DNA from: Lama glama
Lineage: Eukaryota
Direction of reading: 5' to 3'
Length of the DNA stretch: 64,000 bases
NCBI GenBank assembly: GCA_028534125.1
Contig: CM052822.1
Location: forward strand, 78,244,001 to 78,308,000
Below the pieces are notes generated by a model. It did no database searches and was not told where the DNA came from. It saw only the letters and a program-made list of their open reading frames with translations. Both the position numbers and the translations under genes were made by a program. Positions 23,481 through 35,900 of this stretch are shown here, piece by piece. Each line of letters opens with the position of its first letter. The first letter of the stretch is position 1.

Positions 23481-26400
23481 AAGATAAAGCCTCAGTGGTT
23501 CTCGTTTGAAGTGCAGGAGTCCCTGGGCAGATGTTCAAGTGCCTTAAGAACTTCGGGAAAAGCACATCTATGGCGCAGAGATTGTTACCCCTAGAGAATG
23601 TTCCGGAGAATTTTCAAGTGTGAATATTATTTTCCAGTTCAACTGACTGGTGTTCCATGTCTAACATCTCAACACAGGACTTTTAATTTTCAATTTTTAG
23701 AAGCTGGGAGACGGGGCAGAGGGGAGGGGTGCCCACAGAAGGACTGGGCTCTGGCTGGCTCCTCACCCTGCCTCAGGGCCCTTGCACGTCCTGACACGCA
23801 GCAAAGAAGAAAGTGGACCTCCGGGCCACAGCCCTGCAGTACGAGAGGCCAGCGGTGGGGCGTCTGAGCAGCTCTGCACAGAAAATCACGGGTGGGACGC
23901 ACAGAGGAGACCTGCACCCCCAGGCAGGTGCTCATTATACAGGACAGCCTCCTCTCAGCTGGAGATGAGTCAGCAGGTGCAGTCCTATTTCCATCTCGCT
24001 CTCCGGGAGCCCCTTTTGCTGGGGAGAGGGCAGCCTCGGGGGAAGATTACGGTCTTCCCTTCCAGACCCGTGAGGCAGCACGGGAGGGACGTCACCTGTG
24101 TGCACGTGCGGCACCACAGTCAGCTGAGTCGGGAAAACATTTTCAGTATTTCAATGACTGCTTCACTAAGTCACAAATAACACAGCTAATCCACGAGGCC
24201 GCTCGCTTACAAAAACCTACCTGCTCTGCTTTAGAGCAAAATGAAAAGCCACACAGCGAGGGATGCGGCCGTATCCGCCGGCCCTGGGCCCAGCCGCCCC
24301 CCCGGCTCCCCACCACCGCAGTCACGATTTCCTCTCTCCTTAAAGCCATTGCAATAAAGACCCCAGAGCCCGTTGACTCAGATGGAGACATTCATTTGTA
24401 AGCAGGCCTCAACATACAGTTTAGCCTAAACGGCGTGTGTTTCAATGCAGGTCTATAAATAAAACATCGCTCGGATTTTCATCTCACCCCCACACCCTGC
24501 AGAGCACGGGGAAAGCCTTCTAACCCCAAGCTGCAGGAATCACATAAGCCCCAGGAGGCTTCCCCCCAAGGGGCAGGGAGGTGCAGGGGCACAGCGGGGA
24601 CTCCTGACCACGAGCCCTGGGCCGAGGAGAGACCGGGCCAGCGGACGTGTCTGGGGAGGGGGGACAGGGGCTGGTCCTTCAGAGGAGGTGGAGGGCAGGC
24701 GCCAGCCACCCTTAGCTGGAAATGCAAAAACACCCTCCACATCTTTCCCCTGCACCGGCGGGTCCACGCCGAGCCGGAGGCAACCTCTGAAGACTCTGTG
24801 CAGATCGTTTGGGGCAAAGCAGAGCTTGGAGGGCCCGAGTCCCTCCCCCCATCCAACAGACGGAGCCAGAAACTCGGAGAGGCCGTCTGCAGAGGTGACG
24901 GCCTGACCCGCAGGGCCAGCGAGGGAGGCAGAGGGCGAAGTGAGATCACCTCCTTTGGGTGAAGACAAACCCTCCAAAGACACCTGGCAGTTCCGCTGGG
25001 GCCTCTTAGAGCCCACGGCTGGGAGGGAAGGACCACCAGGAACAGCGGGCTCTGGAAATCCCAGCCAAAGGCTGTGCTGGGGGCGGGGGGCAGAGCGGTC
25101 CACGGTCGTGAGTGTTGCCCCGTCTCAGCGGGGAACCCTCTCACGGACAGGACAGGAGGAAGGACGGTATCGGGGACCCGTGGGGCGGCTCTCATGGGAA
25201 CACCCTCCCTCGCCTCCCTCCACTCCTGCAAGGAGAGACTCTCAGCTGAAGCATCACAGGAAGAATCCTGGGCTTCACGGCCGAGGATGTCCTCTCTGAC
25301 TGCAGCGTCCAGCACAGGCAGCCGCTCCTCCCGATGGTGGCTCTGACCTGGGACCCCTGTCCCAGGAGGGCCTCCGAGGCCCCCTTCACAGGGACCGGCT
25401 CACAGGGACCCCAGGCTCAGTCCCACGGCAGAGCCGTCACTGGACGGCCAACAGCAGTGTCCCTGCTCCCGTGAGGGTAGTTACACTCTTGAGCCCCCAG
25501 AGAAGACAGGGCGTCAGATTTCCAGGCCACGGAGAGCGTCCCTGGTTTGCTGGTGACGCCAGGGCAGGAAGCCCTCTGCCCGAGCGCCAGGAGCTGTGCT
25601 GTGTCCAGCTCACCCAGCTTTGCCCAGTTAAGACCTGGGATTCCCGCCATCTTAGGTGATGAAAACACTTCAGGCGAAGGTCACCGGGGACACAGCAAAT
25701 GCGGATGTGCCACCAGGGTGCTAGGCCCTGTGTGTGGGATCTCAGTTTACTGGGTCAACTCGCTTCCAGAATTTTCAGAGTCCCGAAAGCCTAAACGTCT
25801 GTGTTTGCTGCGCTGGAAGCCGCTGTCAGGGCAGCCCATGACAGGTCGGCTCCTGGAGGGTCCCTGCCCCACCCAGGCCCCCTGGAGCTGCCGGTGGACC
25901 CGTATCTCCGGGACTGGGGGCTGCCCTGCGGGAGGAAACCCGGGGGCACCAGGGCGGGGCTTCCCATGTGTGACGCTTCGTGCACAGCCGTCCCCTGGGC
26001 CCTGTCCCAGTGAGGCGCTGACTCAGGACACCGCACGCCTAGCCGGCCCCCGGGCCAGGCCCCAGAGAGACAAGCCCCAGTCGTCACGGTCCAAACGAGA
26101 ACAGGCAGGAAACAACGAGATGATGTTTGCAAAGGAGACCGTGGAGGGAAACCTGGCCAGCCCCTCTCTGCGCGCTTCAAACACGTCCCCAGGTTTCTCT
26201 TTTTCCGAGTAATTATAAAACCCCTTCTCCCAGAGATGAGAGGATTATGTCCCTACAAAACGTATTTCACACTTTGTCGTAATTCCAGCAGCTGCCCTGT
26301 AACTGCGGCGCTGGTGCAGCCTTCATCAAGCTCCGGGTACTTCTGCGAGGTGCCCGCATTGGATCTGCTTTCGTGTGCTAACCTGCCTTAGCGCCGAGGC

Positions 26401-28582
26401 TCTGTCGCACGGTACCTCCGTGTCTATTTACCCCCCGCCTCGCACACCGGCTGCAGGGAAAGGGCTCCGACCGTGTCGGTGGCTCAGCCTCCCCAGCATG
26501 CCCGGAACACGGGGCAGGAGGAGCTGAGCCCACATGCCCACTTCAGACGGGAAACCCAGCCCCAGGGACATGGGGGCCTCGCAGAAAGTTATAAAGGAGG
26601 AAAAGCGGGTGTCTTCCGTTTAGCCCCGTAACCAGGTCCCTGTGCTCTGGCCACCCTGCTAGCCAACACTCTGCTCTTTTCTGCTCCTCTGGTGGGCACC
26701 CTGGACGGGCTTCAGGAGACCAGGTGCCAATCCTAAGGGACCCCCATCACTGCGGCCTCCTGGAGGCCTGGGCCTCAGCTCGGGCCTGGGGTGACAAGTG
26801 CCTGGCTGGCTTCCTCTGCGCAGCCTCAGGGAGCTGCCGTTGCTGGGGTGAGGCTAGTCCTGGTTCACACCCAGACGCCACTCTTCTCCACATTTGCCAC
26901 CTTTGTCAAACACATTTGTTAACAGTCCTCTGACCTCTCCTTGTCCCCGACACGGTGCTGGAGGCAGCCTTCTTCTTTGGGCCTGGCATGCAGGGCCCTC
27001 CCCGCACCATCGCCCGCACCATGTTCCGCCTGCACCAGGTGTAAGCAGCTCCCACAGCGTTGTGGGGCTGAGTCCCGCTTGCATGCTCTGCCCTGGACAC
27101 GGCTCTTGGCCCAGGAGCCACCACCAGAGATGGGATACCTGTGCCCTCCACGAACAGAGGGCAGAGTTGGGGAGTCAGCTCCTGCTTTGCCTCAGGGACA
27201 GCCCGATGGTCTGCAGAGTGTGCTCGGGGCCCACGGAGGGAGGCCACGTCCTGGGCAGGTACCGGGGTGGGGCCTGCACCTTCTTCCAACAGGAGCCCAC
27301 GCAGCCACAACTGTGAAACAGCCCCAGCACAGGGTGTTAAGCAGTAGCAGTTAAAGTGGGGTCCGACCTACTAGCGTTTCATCAGAGATGTAGCACCGTG
27401 CGTCCGGACCCTTCCCCAGAGCCCCCGTGCCCAGCCACACACCATCCTCCAGGGGCGTGTTCTCCCGCCCGCGTGCGCGGACTCTGCAGGCCGGGGAGCC
27501 CAGGCAGGCGGCGGGCAGGTGAGCGTGGAGGGCCCAAGATTCCCGCCAACGCCATTCCTTCCGTAAGGGGCTTCCCTAGGAGAGGTGGACCAAGGGGCAA
27601 GGAAGGAGCTGGACACCTGCCCGGGGTCAGGCTCCCAGGGAGGCCAACACGTGTGTGGAAGTGAAGAGAGGGAGAAGCTGCGTTTTCCTGGCCTGCTCCC
27701 AGGACAAGCTCTTCTGCGGATGAAGTGAGCACTTCCGTGGGAGTTAAGCCTCCATCTCCCACCACGTCTGCCTCCCGTGTTCAGAGGTTTCTTCAGGCAA
27801 AAGGCAGGCCAGCTTCCCTGCCCCAGCCAGACCACGGCTCCCTTCCCGCGAGGGTGCAGGCGCGGAGCCTGGCCCTCCCGCCTGGGCTTGGGGGGACCGG
27901 GGGAGGATAAGGAAATCAAGATTCTCTGTGGCAGCTGTGGGGCCGCAGCCAGACAGGGTTTCAGGGACGTGGTCTCCGTGTCCCCGGGGGTGGGGCCCCA
28001 TTCCTCCCAGCGAGTCTGTGAGCCAAACAGCACCCTCCAGACACGAGCCTGCTACGCACACCCGCTGCTCCGGCATAATTCTGGCTGACACCAGGCGCGG
28101 GGGGCGGGGCGGGGAGGGGCAGGGGCTCGGGGGTCACTCGGGTAACAGTCACACTCCTGGACGGCGGTCCAGCGTGTGCTCCGCCGAGGAGCGCGCGAGC
28201 CCGGCCCGAGCAGGACCGCAGACGGGTCGGTGCTCGCGCCGGCTCTGCCTCCCAGGACAGGCCAGGCAGGCCCTTCAGGAGAGGCGGCTCAGCCAGCAGC
28301 CAGACTACCGCCCTGACTCCAGGGCCGCTCTTCTGCGGGGACCAAAGGGCTCGCGCCGCGTCCACGGCCCTCGGCACCTCTGCGAGTCATGAGTGAGTCA
28401 GAAGCTGCAAGTGCTGTGCAAACGTCTCGCGGGCAATTCCACAGAGCCTCACTTCTACGTACGACTAAGGCTATTTGTGGGAAACTGCTAGGAGTTCAGC
28501 GTTGGTAACTGAATTCAGTGAGTGACTGGTGTTCACCACCGACGGCCCCTGCGCTCAGCGCCGTCACGGGCTCCTGCCATGA

Positions 28583-28894
28583 CAGCCGGCCTCCGCGTCT
28601 CTGGACTCTACACCTGCAGATTTAACCAACCGAGGACTGAAAATGTTTGAAAAAAATTCCAGAAAGTTCCAAAAAAGCAGAACTTGAATTTTCCGCACAG
28701 CAGCAACTGTTCACACAGCACTTATGGTGCATCAGGGATAACAGGTGGTCTGGGGTGACGTGAAGTTCACAGGAGGATGTGGGAGGGTCTCTGCAAACAC
28801 TGCCCACTTCACAGAAGGGACCTGAGCACCCGCGGACTCTGGTACCAGCAAGGGGTACTGGAACCAGTCCCCTGTGGACTCCGAGGGCCAGTGG
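28583..28894 (-). mobile_element. MER2-family TcMar-Tigger MITE
   Basis: Degenerate TIRs (cagccggcctccgcgtctc... / ...gtggactccgagggccagtg). Internal aaaaaattccagaaagttccaaaaaagcagaacttgaatt and ggaggatgtg...gcaaacactg...gggacctgagcacc. Confidence 0.85.
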
Positions 28895-28999
28895 TACAAG
28901 CAGGTGCGTGAAACAGGAATTCCACCGATTTCACTGGCAGGGAACCAGTTTCAGCTGGCCCTGATTTTCTATTGCTACCCTAAATTGATTTACTTTAAT

Positions 29000-29800
29000 T
29001 TTAAAAAACATTTTATTTGACATATGTCAGGTTCACAGAAAAGCTGTGAGAATCTCATGCGAGACCCTCGTGTTCCCTTCATCCGGGTTCCCCAATACTG
29101 CCCTCACATCACACCTCCCTCTCTCCTCCAAACTCTCCCTGCATTTGCATTTGCACTTACACTTTGTTCCATCATTAGTAGCCATTTGAGAGGAAAGTGC
29201 AGACACGACAGCCCTTTAGTCTAAAAACTTCAGTGTGCATCTTCCAGAAACAAAGACATTCTCCTGCAGAATCACTGCACGATTATCAAGATCAGGAGAT
29301 GAGCAGTGACGAGGCACCAGGTGTGCACACCTATCCAGCAGCGTTTCGTACGGGGAGCTGGACGCGCAGGTCACGCACCACGTTCAGCTGTCGTGTCTCT
29401 AAGCACTGCCACTGGGGTAACGTGCCAGCCTCCCGCGTCTCTCGTAGCACCGATGTTTCTAAAGAGTGCCGCTCAGTTATGCTCTGTCGTGCCCCTCGAT
29501 CCGAGCCTGTCTCACGATAAGAGCAGGTTTCGCACATGGGCAAGAGCCCCGCAGAGGTGCTGCGTATCCTGGGTGGTGCGTCAGGGCTGGGTGCCTGTCC
29601 CGTCGCTGCGGGCGCGCGAACCTCCGTGCCATGAGAGGGCCGTGTCGGCCGGGCCTCTCTGTGTCAACATGACTGAGCTCCCATCAGAGTTAATCCGCAT
29701 CTCGGGGCCGCTCCTCAGAACCTCACCCCTCCTTTCAGCAGGCACTGGTGTTTCTCGTCCAGACCAGACACTCTCAAGACTGTATTGGTTCTAATGTAAA
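29000..29800 (-). mobile_element. L1MC4-like 3' end
   Basis: ccatttgagaggaaagtgcagacacgacagccctttagtctaaaaacttcagtgtgcatcttccagaaacaaagacattctcc matches the recalled L1MC4 (MER42) antisense sequence. Confidence 0.75.
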
Positions 29801-30199
29801 CACCGCCAAACACGAGGAAATCAAGCATGGAGCCACAGACGGCAGGCATGAGGACCGTGTTCTGTCCTCCTCTCCAGGGTTGGAGGGGAAGCCCGGACAC
29901 ACAGTCCGTCTGCACCGCAGCCTTCCTGCATCACCCGCATGGACCGACCACGTGACTGGGCGTCTGCAGGTCTCCGTCCTGTGGTCTGTGGCTTATTCTC
30001 GTGGCTACGGACGGTGCCAGCACAGGCAGCCCCTTCCTGCTCTGCTGTGGGAGCCTCCCATTCCTCCCCGCTGTGCCCCATGCTCCGCCCTGCTGCCTGG
30101 AGCACCGAGAATCTGCCATTTCTGGGCCCCCCACTCTCCCTCAGATCTGGGTTTCCAACTGCGTGTCCTCCCTCCCCTCACAAGAGCTTCCTCTGGCAT

Positions 30200-31040
30200 T
30201 TGGGTGGGTCCTGGGCCAAAGCCGCAGACTCGCTCACGACGGGCTGACGTGAAAACACTTCATTTCACCCTATTTGGGAGAAGATTTCTGATGGATGTGT
30301 AACTCTGGGTCGACTGTTTCTCCCCCTTGCAGAACTCTGAAGATGCTAAATGTTTCCTGGTTGCTGCTGTTTCTGCGCTGAGATGAAGCACCTGCCGTCC
30401 GTGTCACCGCTGCTCAGGAAGCGGGGTCTCTCCTCCCAGCGTCTGGAGACCTTCTGCGTGGACCCCTGAGCAGGTGGACTGCAACGTTCTCGGGCCAGTC
30501 CTCTTCATTCACCCTGCCTGGAGACCTCTGCGCTCCCTCCTTCACAAATTTTGGGGAGGGCTGTGCACCCCTCCTCCCCCGCCCGGTCCCGTCTGTCTCC
30601 TCTCTTTCTGGGATTCCTCTGGCATGTGAGGCCGAGGCTCTGTCACAGTTTTCACTGTTTCCTCTGTTCTTCAGGATGGATATGCCCCCGGTCTTCCTTC
30701 AGGTTTGCCAGCCCTTCACGCTGCAGCCTCGCGTGCTGACACATCCACCCGGTGAATGTCTACAATTTCGCATGTGCTTTTCTTTCCTAAACCCTCTACG
30801 TGTGTTTGGCAGAGCCTTCGTTCTCCCGCGAGGCTCCCCGTGTGTCCCCTCGTTAGGACCCCACTTCCCCGTCCAGCCCTGGGACGCGTCTGTGACAGCA
30901 CGTCAAGCGCTTGCTGCTCGTCTCAGAGTCCGTGTCTATCGGCGACTTTCTTTTTCTCATTACGGGTCACATTTTCCTGCTCCTTCACATGCTTAGTACT
31001 TTTTGATCGTATGCTGGACATTCTGAACGGATGTCACAGG
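30200..31040 (-). mobile_element. Ancient L1M ORF1/5' region fragment
   Basis: gaaaacacttcatttcaccctatttgggagaagatttctgatggatgtgtaactctgggtcgac and gggtcacattttcctgctccttcacatgc...gctggacattctgaa are typical of antisense L1M ORF1/5' regions. Confidence 0.65.
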
Positions 31041-31410
31041 AATCTAGGGGCACCTCATTCACTGCTTTTTACATCAGAAATGAGTGTGAGCTGCCAGCAT
31101 CTGCACTCGTTAGCAGGTGTTCCCTGGAGCTGTGATCCCTGGGATGCACACCAGCACCGCTATGATGGGCCGCTCTGCAGCCCCAAAGTGAACTAATCAC
31201 ACACCGATTACTGAAGTCAACACACAACGTTCTCTCCACTTAGACTTGCTACCAGGACTTTGTACACAGGACACTTCACGGTCATTACTGGGCTTCACCA
31301 GGGCTGTGACACTCCTGCGACAGAGTCTAAGGCATTTTGCCTGAAGTTAAAAAACCAGACCGAGATTCCCAGGGCTAAGTGCTCAGCTGTCCTGAGGAGA
31401 CAACACATGA

Positions 31411-31599
31411 GGCCACCGTCCCCGTCACATCCAGGCCACCATCCCCGTCACGTCCAGGCCTCCGTCCCCATGACATCCAGCCCACTGTCCCCATGATGTC
31501 CAGCCCACCATCCCCATGACGTCCAGGCCACCGTCCCCATGGTGTCCAGGCCACAGTCCCCGTGACGTCCAGGCCTCCGCCCCCGTGACGCCCAGGCCA
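31411..31599. repeat. 23-bp GC-rich minisatellite, ~8.2 copies (consensus GGCCACCGTCCCCRTGACGTCCA)
   Basis: Unit starts at 31411, 31434, 31457, 31480, 31503, 31526, 31549, 31572 and 31595. Confidence 0.95.
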
Positions 31600-34500
31600 G
31601 AACCTCTAGCCGTGGCCCTTCCCGTCTGCACACCCCGATAGTCTGACCACGCCCTACTGTGCACCCTGCTAACAGTGCTCTGGCCATCCCACCTTTTTCT
31701 CTCCCACCGCAACAACCATGCCCCCAGACATCCCCGCAGACTCCGCCCTGCTCTCCTGGCTGCAGGAATTCCCGCTCCCAACACCTCTCCTGTTCTGAAG
31801 CCGCAGTGAGAGTGCTGGGCCGCAAGTCTGACCGCAGGAAACCTCGTGGGGAACCTTCAAAGCCCATTCCCACCTGAGAATTCCCGAGTCCCCAGCCAGC
31901 AACAGGCTCGCTTTCCTGATGGATGACGCATCAGGCTCATTCCCGCCCAGTGGGTAATCCCCACCTCCCGGCCTGCCCCCCCGGGCCCACCTCGTGAACC
32001 CCCTTAAACACACCACATTCCCCTTCTCTCCTGGACCTTCCTGCCCACGGCTGCCTCTCACCCCCACACCAGGCTCCTTCACTCGAGTAATTCCTGCTCA
32101 TCTTTCAGAACCCACCCCGGCACCTTCTCCAGGAAGGCCTCCTGGAGCCCCAGGGACCTCAGGACAGAGGCCCAGGCCAGAGGACACCGTGACACCCCAG
32201 CCATGTCGAGAGGCCAGGCCTCCGGGGGGGCCCGTCACAGCTTCCAAACCCGAGGGACAACATGAGCGGGAACTGATCTCGTTCGGGTGAGTGAAGTCCT
32301 GAACGATCCTGCCAGGCGGCAGGTCCTCTTCCCACCTGAGCCTGAGGGGACGCGAGGATTCCCTCAGGAAGTGAAAAGGCACAAGAACGTGCTTGTCCTG
32401 GAGTTTCGGAGCAGGCTGTGCGGCTGCCCTGAACCCCCTGGTGTTTAGAAGGGAGCCGGGCCACAGGTCTGAGGAGAAGAGGCGGCCATGGCTTCACCAG
32501 CCTAACACGGCTCGGGCGAGGGGACGCCCAGCGGGGCAGCTTCCCCTCTCACGCTCGGCAGAAAACGTTCAGAAATCCAGAGAGGGGGTGGACTCGTCAG
32601 TCCTAAGACTCCCTCCGGCCGCCACCAACCCCCTTCACCGCCAAGGCGAGGCCCGCCTCCCTGAGTTTTGCCGAGTGAGTCGAGGCCTGGCGACCCCGGC
32701 GCCTGAGCTTACAGACCAGGAGGAGATGGATGGATTCGTGTCTACAGAGAGCTGCAGCGTCCGCCGGAAAGGCCTGCGCCCCTGGGCTGCTCACTCCTCC
32801 CCAGCCTGACGAGGCGAGTCTGCAGCGACCCGCGCTCGGAGCCGCACTTACAGCTGCCTGTGTGTAAGTGACTCGGGCCTTGATGGCTGTTGGACACGTT
32901 TCCTGTTCTCGGCCTTGCTTTGCCCTCTTTGACAATGTCAGGCTGAAATGTGGAAACGGTGTGGCCCACGGAGCCTCCCAGACCTGAGCAGAGCGCACGG
33001 TGGGGCTGCGCCGTGTTACCACGCGTACGCGGCCCCGGCTGCTCAGAGCGGAGGCCGCTTTCCACGTGGGACTGCGGCTCTGGGCGGGAGGGGCAGCTCC
33101 ACGGGGCTGTCACGTGGGGCTGCCGAGCGCACACGCGCCTGCGTCTTAGGGAAGGTCTCTGTTTGGAATAGTTGGCAGCTGCGGAAAGATGGGAGAACCC
33201 ACTGTGCTGAAAGTCCCACAGGAACGGAAGTGCAAACGCAGGGGAAAGAGCAGCTGAACCGGGACCACGGGGCAGAGAGGCCGCCGTGCGGCGCCCGCAG
33301 AGGAGGGTGCCTGGCCTCCGGGCAGGTCTCAGGGACCCTCGGCCGGTCGTGGTCCTGACTTGGGCGGAGGGGCTCAGGTATGAGAATGGCACCACGGGCT
33401 AAGCGGACCTCCAGGCACAGCCGGCTCCCACACCACCCCCACCAGTGTCAGGCACAGGGCTCGGACCCCCCAGCGGGTGGGGAGGAGGGACCAGGAGCCA
33501 CAGGGATGCACACGAGACGCAAAGGCTGGGTCTGAACCCAGGTCTGTCTAGCACCAAACGCCACATGTTCCATGTTAGACCTGTCACATCCACACGTTAA
33601 AAACCAGATGTTTAAGTTGTGCTAAAGTGATGGAACTACAGGAAACTCTTCCCAAAAGTTCTACTTAACATCAAAGCCACATCGTCTTTCTGACCCACTA
33701 AACATGGTCGCTTTTTAATGAAAACCACCGCATTCTGGAAGGCTCTGCACTTACACAGGATGACCGAACTCCTGAGAGAGAAGGGGAGGGTTTTCAAATC
33801 TGTGCTTTGGCTGCAGGGTCACACAGGCACTAAGGCCAGTGGGCGGGGTCCTCAGGACCACAGGAGTGTCCTCAGCACAGCCAGGAGCCTCCAAGGCCCC
33901 ACAAATTCAGCTTACGTGAACTGAGATCAAGTCAAACACAGAGTTAAGGTCCTCGGTCACACTGGCGACACTCCCAGTGTCAGAGGTCGCATGACCCAGC
34001 GGCTGCCATTCTGGGCAGCAAAGACCTGCAACATCCCCGTCACCTTGGGATCTTGGCCAGCGCTGCCCGAGGGTGCCCGCCAGGCTGGCCGTCAGGACCC
34101 AGGGCTGGGGGATACCGGGGATAGCACCGAGAAGAGGCTCGGGGGTCGGGGCATAGCCAGCGACAGCCGGCACGGGACCGACAGAAGAGCTGTGCCGAGG
34201 TCCCGAAGGGTCTGCCTTCACGCCCCAGGGGTCCGCCCTGCCGCTGCGTCCCAGCAGTGTGAGCCTGGGGCGGCTCTACTGAGACGGAGACTCCTAGCCT
34301 GGTTCCTCCGCCCTCGGGGCTTCCCGCTCACCTTGGCCTCTGGGCCCAGAAGGCAGGGAGCTGACGGGGCGCAGCAGCTGGAGGCGCCCCCGCGCCCCCG
34401 CCCCTCCCGCCGGCCGCCTGAGCTCGGGTGGAGCTCTCGCCAGCTCCGCAGTGACCTCCGCGCTCTTGGAGGCTCCGGTCAGGAAGAAGCCTCACAAAGA

Positions 34501-35629
34501 CACCAACTTCCGTCAAGTCGTGGCAGAGCCGCCACCGGGAGGGGACGAGCCGGAACTGGTGTCCTAAGTGAGCCCCCCGTGGGCGCTCCCTGCAACCCAG
34601 GAGCGTGGCCGTGGCCAGTGCGAGGTTGGGCCGGAGCACCCAGCAGCGGGGCCACAAAGCAGGGTGGGGGGCTGGCACCCCGAAACACAGGGGTGCCACT
34701 GTCTGAGGCGCTGCATTCCTGCACCAGGTCTACCTGGCCTGTCACGAGCCCCCACTCAGCTTGGTCCACGGGTTCTGTCACCGCATCCAGGTCCAGTTTG
34801 AGAAAAGCCACCAGGAAAGGGTGAGACTGCAGACGGGCTGTCTGCACCGCCACCACGCCCGCTGCCCTCTGCTCCCGGGCCCCAGACTCAGGGCAGGGGC
34901 AGGCCCAAGCACAACAGGAACCAGGGCACAGCTTCCTGCTGGGACCTGCAGCCCGGCCTCACTTCCCAGCCCGGGCCCCGGAGCCAGCAGGAAGCGAGAG
35001 GGAAGGCACTCCATCGTGTCTCAGAGCGGCAGAGCTGCTCCCGACCTCCCACACTCACTTCGGGGGGCGTGGAGGGAAAAACCCAACTTTCTGCTCCTGT
35101 GAAACAGCCACATCAGCTTTCTGAAGTCTCTCCAGCTGGCTCTTGCCTCGTGAGGGTTTTCATAGATGTTTTTCACAAGAAGCCACTTAAAAAGGAAAAA
35201 GTAAGGTCCAAGTAGTCCTCAGAGAACGAGGTTTCCTCAGTCTGGGGGATCCAGCGGGAAACCTTGCTCGTGCATGGAGTGGAGTCACGGAGACCAAGAA
35301 CGCTGGAAACCACTTTTCCACACCATTTCACACGTGCCACGCAAGGACTCTGTGTCATCATTCTGACACGTCTGCACACAAATGAGATGCTTTAAATTAG
35401 TAACATGTAACCCAGGCGTTCAGGCCCGCGGCCAGCAACGGAGCGCCCACAGCCTGAGGAACGGGCACAGGCCGCCCTGCCCGCTGCCCTGGCTGTGTGA
35501 AAACCCCTGCTGCCCTGAACGGGTAGCCAAGGTTGACCCCCAAGCCGCAGACACCAGATGTCACTACTGTGGGACTAAATACTTTGAAGGCTGCATTAGT
35601 TCGTGTTTCCACAAACTAATGAATACGAT

Positions 35630-35900
35630 GTGGGTCCACGTAATTTGCCTGGGAGGTGATCCCAGGAAACAGTTGGAGGGAGGAGGGACGTGGGGACGTG
35701 AGGACAGGAAGGGAAGAGGCCGACCGCTGGGCAGGAGCGAACGTAGTGAGGGTGACAGGCCAGTCCCGCCGGGGTCCTCTGAGACAAGAACGGGCCCGCG
35801 TGTCGTCCAACCCCAGGGCCTGCGCCCAGCAGAGGGCGCTCTCGCTGCCCAGCCGGGTGCCCGCTGGTGGGTGCTGGGCGCTCCTGCGTGTCCTGCTCGC
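35630..35900 (-). mobile_element. ERVL LTR relic (LTR16/LTR33-like)
   Basis: taatttgcctgggaggtgatcccaggaaac...ggacaggaagggaagaggcc matches the recalled LTR33/LTR16 motif tttatttgggaggtgatcccaggaa. Confidence 0.6.

Noticed and set aside
31411-31599. Regularly spaced repeats as a possible CRISPR-like array (also 62645-62775)
   Set aside because: Head-to-tail units with no unique spacers, in mammalian DNA; these are ordinary minisatellites.
34728-34820. Plus-strand 93-nt exon-like segment (VYLACHEPPLSLVHGFCHRIQVQFEKSHQER)
   Set aside because: Antisense to PTPRN2, mediocre acceptor, no recognised protein and no partner exons.
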